64,000 nt of DNA from Actinoplanes sp. (GTDB lineage: Bacteria; Actinomycetota; Actinomycetes; Mycobacteriales; Micromonosporaceae), in NCBI GenBank assembly GCA_032160305.1, contig JAVHVY010000376.1:6143-70142 (forward strand). The letters run 5' to 3'. Within the stretch, counting starts at the first letter, position 1. Each line of letters begins with the position of its first letter. This document shows, one piece after another, positions 17,654 through 24,407 of the stretch. Made by a program: the position numbers and the translations under genes. Below the pieces are notes generated by a model. That model was not told the origin of the DNA. It did not search any database and saw nothing but the letters and a program-made list of their open reading frames with translations.

Positions 17654-17724
17654 GCGAGCGTGTCGAGCCATTCACCTGGCACAGGGTGATCGCGGCAAGC
17701 GAAGAGAGTCGGGATCATGAGTGA
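17650..17724 (+). other. Intercistronic 24-codon mini-ORF, possible MIRU-like insert
   Basis: ATG 17650 overlaps the upstream TGA (ATGA); MSERVEPFTWHRVIAASEESRDHE ends inside the start of the kinase gene. Confidence 0.45.
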
Positions 17725-19192
17725 GCCCCAGGCTGTGGAAGCCATCTCGCTCCAGCCCTGCGACCCCGGCAAGCTGACCCGCACCGAGCTGCGCAGCCTG
17801 TTCCTGTTCGAAAAGCTGACGGATGAACAGCTCGACTGGATCGCCGCGCACGGCTGCACCCTGCACGCCCCGGCCGGCAGTCTGGTGCTCCGCGAGGGTG
17901 ACCCGGCCGAGCAGTTCTTCATCCTGCTCAGCGGTACGATCGCGCTGAGCCGGCGGATCGGCCAGGACGACGTCCAGACCAGCCGGACCGAGCAGTGCGG
18001 CGTCTACATGGGCGCGACGCAGGCGTACATCCGCGACGAGGGTGTCGAGCGTAAGTACATGGCCACCATGCGCGCGCTGGACGATGCGGATTTCTTCGTG
18101 CTCACCGCGGCCGACTTCGGCTGGATGATGCGCGAGTGGTGCCCGATGGCGATCCACCTGCTCGAAGGCCTTGCCCTCGGGATGCGCAACACCCAGGCCG
18201 CGATCAGCGAACGGCAGCGGCTGGTCGCCCTCGGCGCGCTCTCGGCCGGGCTGATGCACGAGCTGAACAATCCTGCCGCCGCCGCGTCCCGAGCCACCGG
18301 TGCGCTGCGCCAGCGGGTCGCCGGGATGCGCCACAAGCTCGGCATGCTGGCCGCCGGCAAGGTGCCCGCCGACCGCCTCGACGCCCTGGTCGAGTTGCAG
18401 GAAGAGGTCATCGAGAAGGCGGCGAAAGCGCCGGTGCTGACCGCCATGCAGGCCGCCGACCGCGAGGACGAGCTCGGCGACTGGATGGAGCAGAACAAGG
18501 TCACCGGGGGCTGGGACCTGGCGCCGGTCTTCGCCCAGGGCGGCATCGACGTCGACTGCCTGGGGGAGATCCGGGCCAAGGTGGCCTCGCCGGGCCTGCT
18601 CGACCAGGCGATCCACTGGATCGGCTACGCGCTGGAGACCGAGCAGCTGATGAGCGACATCGAGGACGCGACCGGCCGGGTGTCCTCGCTGGTCTCGGCG
18701 GCGAAGCAGTATTCGCAGCTGGACCGGGCCGCGCACCAGTGGATCGACGTGCACACCGGCCTGGACAGCACGCTGGTCATGCTGACCCACAAGATCGGCA
18801 AAGGCGTCAAGGTGGTCAAGGACTACGACCGCGGCCTGCCCGAGATCCCGGCGCATCCGGCCGAGCTCAACCAGGTCTGGACCAACCTGATCGACAACGC
18901 GGTGCAGGCGATGAACGGTGTCGGGACACTGACCATCACCACCTACAAGCAGGACGACTTCGTCTGCGTGTCGGTCGGCGACACCGGCCCGGGTGTGCCC
19001 GAGGAGCTGCGCCAACGGGTCTTCGAGCCGTTCTTCACGACCAAGCCGGTGGGTGAGGGTACGGGCCTGGGGCTGGACATCTCGTACCGGATCGTGGTCG
19101 GCGGGCACGGCGGGGACATCGTGCTGAACTCCCAGCCCGGCGACACCACCTTCACGGTCAGCCTGCCGATCACGGAGCCGTCCTCGCGTTGA
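17717..19192 (+). CDS. Cytoplasmic sensor histidine kinase with N-terminal cNMP-binding-like domain
   Basis: H box MHELNNP, N box VWTNLIDNA, G1 DTGPG, F/G2 FFTTKPVGEGTGLGL. N-terminal LFLFEKL...VLREGDPAEQFFILLSG. No transmembrane segment. Confidence 0.92.
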   Translation: MSEPQAVEAISLQPCDPGKLTRTELRSLFLFEKLTDEQLDWIAAHGCTLHAPAGSLVLREGDPAEQFFILLSGTIALSRRIGQDDVQTSRTEQCGVYMGATQAYIRDEGVERKYMATMRALDDADFFVLTAADFGWMMREWCPMAIHLLEGLALGMRNTQAAISERQRLVALGALSAGLMHELNNPAAAASRATGALRQRVAGMRHKLGMLAAGKVPADRLDALVELQEEVIEKAAKAPVLTAMQAADREDELGDWMEQNKVTGGWDLAPVFAQGGIDVDCLGEIRAKVASPGLLDQAIHWIGYALETEQLMSDIEDATGRVSSLVSAAKQYSQLDRAAHQWIDVHTGLDSTLVMLTHKIGKGVKVVKDYDRGLPEIPAHPAELNQVWTNLIDNAVQAMNGVGTLTITTYKQDDFVCVSVGDTGPGVPEELRQRVFEPFFTTKPVGEGTGLGLDISYRIVVGGHGGDIVLNSQPGDTTFTVSLPITEPSSR

Positions 19193-19247
19193 GTCGTTGA
19201 GGTGCGGCCGGGGCCGAGGCCGAAGACCTGAGCCGCGCGGGAAGTGA

Positions 19248-19295
19248 CTGACGGCGCTGACGCGACCCCGGTGTGGGGTGCGGCAGCGCCGTCAG
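19248..19295. terminator. Hairpin between convergent genes
   Basis: 12-bp perfect arms CTGACGGCGCTG / CAGCGCCGTCAG with further inner pairing. Confidence 0.5.
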
Positions 19296-19333
19296 GCGTG
19301 GACCTGTTCGGGCGTACCGGAAAAGGTTTTGAT

Positions 19334-19840
19334 CTAGAGCAGGCCGCGGACGTAGGCGGCCTGGCCGGCGTGCTGGGTGTCGTCGTTGAGAACGCTGATC
19401 AGGCGCACGCCGAGGGTTACCGGCGGGTCCCAACGTTCGTCGACGACCCGGTCCAGGTCGGCGGCCGACAGGCTGTCGATGACACTCAGCGTGCGGCCGT
19501 GCACGGCGGTGTAGTAGTCCACCAGGACGTGCCAGCTCTGCGGGGCCACCGCCGCGACCTGCGCCGGGGTGTGCCCGTAGCCGATGTCGCCGGGTTCGGA
19601 CTTGAGGCCGAATGGCGGTCCCCAGTCGGCGTCGACATAGACCTGGTCGCCGTCGATCAGGTCCGCCACGTGGTGGTCCTGGACCCGGCTCAGGTGCCAG
19701 ACCAGCCAGCCGACCGGGTTGGCCCAGCCGGCCGGCGCCCAGCGCAACTGCTCCGGGGTCAGGTCCTTGACCGCGGCGCGGACCAGGCCTGGCAGCCGGC
19801 CGAAGGCGTCGTTGAGCACGTCGTTATGGTTCACGGTCAT
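19334..19840 (-). CDS. DinB family / mycothiol-transferase-like protein
   Basis: NPVGWLVWHLSRVQDHH, DERWDPPVTLGVRL, DDTQHAGQAAY; ATGA overlap with the upstream gene. Confidence 0.85.
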   Translation of the reverse strand: MTVNHNDVLNDAFGRLPGLVRAAVKDLTPEQLRWAPAGWANPVGWLVWHLSRVQDHHVADLIDGDQVYVDADWGPPFGLKSEPGDIGYGHTPAQVAAVAPQSWHVLVDYYTAVHGRTLSVIDSLSAADLDRVVDERWDPPVTLGVRLISVLNDDTQHAGQAAYVRGLL

Positions 19841-20619
19841 CCGCTCCCTTGCGAACTGATGACGGCGCCGCCGGCGGCGCCGCCCGAGCCGACCGAGCCG
19901 CCGCCGAAGCCGACCGAGCCGCCGCCGCCCGGGTTGGTGCCCGGGTTGGCGCCCTGCGCCGGCTGCCCGGTGGTCGGGGTGGCGCCGGTCGGCGCGGTCG
20001 TGGTGGTGCCGGCAGGGGAGGTCGTGGTGGCGGCCGTCGACGGGGTCGGTGCCGCGGGCGCGTTGTTCGCGCCGCTGGGCGGGCCGGCGGTCGGCGTGTT
20101 CGCCGGGGCCGGCTGCGGCGTTGCCCTGGGCGACTTCCCGACGTTGCCCAGCGTCGTGCCGGAGGTGTTGCCGCTCGCCCCGACCGCGGCGGCGATCGGC
20201 TCGCCCAGGGCTTTTTCGGCCAGCCAGATCCCGGCCATCGCCAACACGAAGACGGCGCCGGCGGCGGCGGCGACGTGGCCCCAGCGGATCTGCTGGCTAC
20301 GGGCCTGCTCGGGCAGGGTGTGTGACGGCAGGTCGTCCTCGGACGTCGCCGCGGCGACCGCCGGGGTGCCCACCGCGGCCGGCGCCTTGATGAAGGTCGG
20401 CGCCAGGGTCTGCAGCTTGTGTGCGCCGTGTTTCAGCGACCGCTCGTAGATCTCGGTGCCGACCGAACCGACGACGCTGGCCACGGCCGCGCCGATCAGG
20501 GTGCCGGCGACGCCGAGGAACGATCCGACGACCGCCGCGCAGACCGCGGCGAGGGCGCCGGCCAGGATTTTCGGGACGTTGATGTCGGAGAGGATCTTCT
20601 CCGGTGCGTGCTCGCTCAT
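19837..20619 (-). CDS. Hypothetical membrane protein with Pro/Thr/Gly-rich tail
   Basis: Hydrophobic LAGALAAVCAAVVGSFLGVAGTLIGAAVASVV, a second TM-like segment and a low-complexity C-terminus. Confidence 0.7.
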   Translation of the reverse strand: MSEHAPEKILSDINVPKILAGALAAVCAAVVGSFLGVAGTLIGAAVASVVGSVGTEIYERSLKHGAHKLQTLAPTFIKAPAAVGTPAVAAATSEDDLPSHTLPEQARSQQIRWGHVAAAAGAVFVLAMAGIWLAEKALGEPIAAAVGASGNTSGTTLGNVGKSPRATPQPAPANTPTAGPPSGANNAPAAPTPSTAATTTSPAGTTTTAPTGATPTTGQPAQGANPGTNPGGGGSVGFGGGSVGSGGAAGGAVISSQGSG

Positions 20620-20669
20620 GTCCTCCTCGCTGGAACGTCGATGTACTTCACGTCGTGCTCTACCGCATT

Positions 20670-20693
20670 GTTCCCGGGCTCGACGGGTTGAAC
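20670..20693 (-). promoter_or_regulatory. Possible SigB/SigF-family promoter for the membrane protein-dinB operon
   Basis: Minus strand GTTC-N14-GGGAAC, an imperfect match to the GTTT-N-GGGTA type consensus. Confidence 0.3.
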
Positions 20694-20741
20694 CAGCCTC
20701 TTTCGGCCGGCATGTCCCGGATCGGGCGGATGATCACGCCC

Positions 20742-22523
20742 TCACTGTGGGTGGATCAGGTGGCGGGTGAGCCAGTCGACAGCCTCGCGCAGATACTCCG
20801 CTCGCGACCAGCGGTGCAGCAGCTCGTGGCCCTCGTCGGGGAAGAGCAGGTACCGGTGCTCGGCGCCGCGGGCCAGCAGCGCCGCGACCACCTGCTCGGC
20901 CTCGATCACCGGGACGTTGCTGTCGTTCTCGCCGTGCACGACCAGTAGCGGCGCGCGCAGCCGGTCGATCCGGGTGATCGGCGACAACTCGCGCAGCAGC
21001 TCCGCGTCCAGCACCGGGTCGCCGTACTTGGAGACCGCGGCGGCCGCGATCCACGGCTCGGTGTGTTCGTAGAAGGTGGCGAAGTTGGCTATCCCGCAGA
21101 CGTCGATGCCGACCGCGAACAGCTCCGGGAAGGTGGTCAGGGCCGCCAGGGTGAGGTAACCGCCGTACGAGCGGCCCATCACGCCGACCCGGGCCGGATC
21201 GGCCACCCCGGTCGTGACCAGGTGGCGTACGCAGGAGCGGACGTCTTCGATGCCGTCGACGCGCAGCTTGCCGTTGTCCGCGTTCACGAAGGTGCGGCCG
21301 AATCCCGCCGAGCCGCGCACGTTCGGGGCGAAGACCGCGATGCCCCGGTCCACCAGCGACTGGAAGAGCGGGCCGTGCCCGGGACGTTCCTGTGCCTCGG
21401 GGCCGCCGTGGAACCAGACGACCGCCGGGTGCGGGCCGGGCGTGGCCGGGCGGAAGAGCCAGCCGGTCAGCTGCAGGCCGTCGTGGGCGCTGAAGCGCTC
21501 CAGGGTCGGCCGGACCGCGTTCGGGGCGGCCGGCTCGACCGAGACCGGGTGCAGGCCGGCGGCGTCGTACGTCCAGGTGCCGTGCGGCTGTCCGGGGCCC
21601 TCGGCGGTGAAGATGAGCGTGCTGCCGTCGGTGCTCCAGGCGATGCCGCTGACCACGCTGCCGGGCAGCGGCGTGACCGGCTCGCTGCCGCCGTGCACCA
21701 GGTCGAGGACGGTGAGCTCGGAGAGGCCGCCGCGGACGTTCCACAGCACGGCGACCCGGCGGCCGTCGGCGGTGAGCGCGAAGGACTCGACCTCGGCCGT
21801 CTCCGACGCGGCCAGCACCTCGGCGGCACCGTCCCGCACCCGGATCAGGACCGGATATTCACCGGCGTCGCTGCGGGCGTAGACGGAGCCGTCCGGGCCG
21901 AAGACCGCCGCTTCGCCGCTGGTGACCCACTCGTCGATGCCGGTGACGAGGTCGCGGACGACCACGTAGCGGCTGCCGCGCGGGCCGTGCCGCAGCAGGG
22001 CCCGGCGGCGGTCGACGCTGACGTCGAAGAGCGACAGCAACTCGCCCGCGGCGATCACCGTGCGTTCGGCGGTGACCGGGTCGATGACCAGGGTGGTGTG
22101 CAGATTCTCGGTGACGGCGAGCAGGGAGCGGCCGGGCAGCCAGCGGATGTTGTCGGCGGTGTCGGTGCCCATCCCGGCCACCTGGTGCAGTTCGGAGCCG
22201 TCCGGCCGGACCAGCCAGACCTCGTGCCGGGGCGCGCCGCCCGGGGCGAGCAGGCAGGCCAGCCAGCCGCCGCCGGTGGACCACTGGACCTGTGCGACGG
22301 GGTGCTCGCCGGTGTCGACCAGGAAGGCCAGCTCGCTGCCGACGGGCTGCACCCACACCGTGGGGGTGCCGCTGCGGTCCGAGACGTACGCCGCGTGCCG
22401 GCCGTCCGGCGACAACGCCGGCGACCAACTTCCGGACACTTCCGAAGGGAGGTCTCCCGAGCGCAGATTCGTCCAGCCAACGGGCAGAACGGTGACGTCG
22501 ACACGGTTGAGCTGACCGGTCAT
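20742..22523 (-). CDS. S9 family (prolyl oligopeptidase/acylaminoacyl) peptidase, cytoplasmic
   Basis: Beta-propeller N-terminus; HGGPE, NVRGSAGFG, nucleophile GRSYGG, HGENDSNVP, DEGH; no signal peptide. Confidence 0.92.
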   Translation of the reverse strand: MTGQLNRVDVTVLPVGWTNLRSGDLPSEVSGSWSPALSPDGRHAAYVSDRSGTPTVWVQPVGSELAFLVDTGEHPVAQVQWSTGGGWLACLLAPGGAPRHEVWLVRPDGSELHQVAGMGTDTADNIRWLPGRSLLAVTENLHTTLVIDPVTAERTVIAAGELLSLFDVSVDRRRALLRHGPRGSRYVVVRDLVTGIDEWVTSGEAAVFGPDGSVYARSDAGEYPVLIRVRDGAAEVLAASETAEVESFALTADGRRVAVLWNVRGGLSELTVLDLVHGGSEPVTPLPGSVVSGIAWSTDGSTLIFTAEGPGQPHGTWTYDAAGLHPVSVEPAAPNAVRPTLERFSAHDGLQLTGWLFRPATPGPHPAVVWFHGGPEAQERPGHGPLFQSLVDRGIAVFAPNVRGSAGFGRTFVNADNGKLRVDGIEDVRSCVRHLVTTGVADPARVGVMGRSYGGYLTLAALTTFPELFAVGIDVCGIANFATFYEHTEPWIAAAAVSKYGDPVLDAELLRELSPITRIDRLRAPLLVVHGENDSNVPVIEAEQVVAALLARGAEHRYLLFPDEGHELLHRWSRAEYLREAVDWLTRHLIHPQ

Positions 22524-22541
22524 ATCCGGATCCCTTCCCTT

Positions 22542-24314
22542 CTATATCTCCTTGTCCTGCAGCCACATTTCCAGCAGGGCCAGCTGCCAGAGCTGGTTCG
22601 CGCCGAGGGTGGTCCTGGGAGTATTCGGGTCGGTGAACAGGGCGTCAACGTACTCGGGCCGGAACAGCCCGCGGGCCCGTGCCGCCGGTGCGGTCAGCGC
22701 TTCCCGGACCATCTCCAGCATCGGTCCTTCGAGGTGCCGAATCCCGGGAACCGGGAAGTAACCCTTGGTCCGGTCGATCACCTCGTCGGGCACCACGCCG
22801 CGGGCGGCGTCCTTGAGCACGCCCTTGCCGCCCTGGGCCAGTTTCAGCTCCGGCGGGCAGGCCGCGGCCAGTTCGACCAGCTCGTGGTCGAGGAACGGCA
22901 CCCGCGCTTCCAGCCCCCAGGCCATGGTCATGTTGTCGACCCGTTTGACCGGGTCGTCGACGAGCATCACCTGCGAATCGAGCCGCAGGGCCGCGTCGAC
23001 CGCGGTGGTCGCGCCGGGCCGGGCGAAACTGGCCGCGACGAACTCGCGGCTGACGTCCGCGTCGATCAACCACTGCGGCGCGAGCTGGGCGGCCAGCTCC
23101 CGGTGCGGGCGATCGAAGAACTCATTGGCGTACGCGTCGACCGCCCCGCCCCGGGCCACGCCCGCCAGGGGCGGATACCAGCTGTACCCGGCCAGGATCT
23201 CATCGGCGCCCTGGCCGGACTGCACGACCGTGACCTGCTTCGCGACGTCCTCGCTGAGCAGGTTGAAGGCGATGCAGTCGTGGCTGACCATCGGCTCGCT
23301 CATCGCGGCGACCGTGCGGGCCACCGCGGGCAGGAACCGGTCCTTGCCGATCCGGATCTGGTGGTGTTCGGTGTCGAACTGCTTGGCGATCAGGTCCGAG
23401 TACGCGAACTCGTCGCCGCTCTCCCCGGCCGCGGCTTCGAAGCCGATGCTGAAGGTGCTCAGCCCGCGCTGCCCGTGCTCGGCCAGCAGCGCCACGATGT
23501 AGCTGGAGTCCAGTCCGCCGCTGAGCAGTACCCCGACCGGCACGTCGGCCACCATCCGGCGCTCGACCGCCGTACGCAGCTTCTCGTGCACCGCCTCGGC
23601 CCACTCGGCGCGGCTCATGGTCAGCGTCCGGGAGAACGACGCCGCCCAGTAGCCGCGCTCGGTGCTGCTTCCGTCCGCCTGGATGATCCGGACCGTGGCC
23701 GGCGGCAGCTTGCGCACCCCCTCGATGATCGTCCGTGGCGCCGGCACGACGGAGTGGAACGTCATGTACTGCTGCAGCGCGATCCTGTCCAGCGAGGTGT
23801 CCACGTCTCCCGCCGCCAGCAGCGCGGGCAGCGTCGAGGCGAAACGCAGCCGGCCCGGCCGCTCGGCCAGATACAGCGGCTTGATGCCGAGCCGGTCGCG
23901 GGCCAGCATCGTGGTCCCGCTGGCGTGCTCGGTGATCGCGAAGGCGAACATCCCGAGGAAGTGCCGCACACAGTCGGCGCCCCACCGGTGGTACGCCTTC
24001 AGGATCACCTCGGTGTCGGAGGTGGAGAAGAACGTGTAGCCGTGCCCGCGCAGCTCCTCGCGCAGCTGCTGATAGTTGTAGATGCAGCCGTTGAAGACCA
24101 GGGTCAGGCCGAGCTGCTCGTCGGTCATCGGCTGGGCGCCGGCGTCGGAGAGGTCGATGATCTTCAGCCGGCGGTGCCCGAAGGCCGCCCGGCCCCGCTG
24201 CCAGAGCCCTTCGCCGTCCGGACCGCGGGTGGCCAGGCACGGCAACATCCGGCGGACCGCTTCAGGGTCTGCCGGGCTGCCGTCGAACCTCAGTTCGCCG
24301 CCGATTCCACACAT
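22542..24314 (-). CDS. Asparagine synthase-like glutamine amidotransferase, N-acetylglutaminylglutamine amidotransferase type
   Basis: Ntn Cys (MCGIGGE), GHRRLKIIDL, FNGCIYNY, PP-loop SGGLDSS, GQGADE, LVDDPVKRVDNMTMAWGLEARVPFLD. Confidence 0.93.
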   Translation of the reverse strand: MCGIGGELRFDGSPADPEAVRRMLPCLATRGPDGEGLWQRGRAAFGHRRLKIIDLSDAGAQPMTDEQLGLTLVFNGCIYNYQQLREELRGHGYTFFSTSDTEVILKAYHRWGADCVRHFLGMFAFAITEHASGTTMLARDRLGIKPLYLAERPGRLRFASTLPALLAAGDVDTSLDRIALQQYMTFHSVVPAPRTIIEGVRKLPPATVRIIQADGSSTERGYWAASFSRTLTMSRAEWAEAVHEKLRTAVERRMVADVPVGVLLSGGLDSSYIVALLAEHGQRGLSTFSIGFEAAAGESGDEFAYSDLIAKQFDTEHHQIRIGKDRFLPAVARTVAAMSEPMVSHDCIAFNLLSEDVAKQVTVVQSGQGADEILAGYSWYPPLAGVARGGAVDAYANEFFDRPHRELAAQLAPQWLIDADVSREFVAASFARPGATTAVDAALRLDSQVMLVDDPVKRVDNMTMAWGLEARVPFLDHELVELAAACPPELKLAQGGKGVLKDAARGVVPDEVIDRTKGYFPVPGIRHLEGPMLEMVREALTAPAARARGLFRPEYVDALFTDPNTPRTTLGANQLWQLALLEMWLQDKEI

Positions 24315-24407
24315 CGTCCGACCTCCTTGGGGGCAGTCGGAAGCGCACCCAAGAAGGACCAGGCTCTGCGTCCGATATTTCGGTTCTGTATCTGAGTTGT
24401 GAACGTC

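Noticed and set aside
20742-24314. Lasso-peptide cluster (asparagine-synthetase-like cyclase + S9 isopeptidase)
   Set aside because: The enzyme keeps an intact Ntn glutaminase (Cys after Met1) and NAGGN-type motifs. No B1/B2 proteins or precursor ORF were seen.
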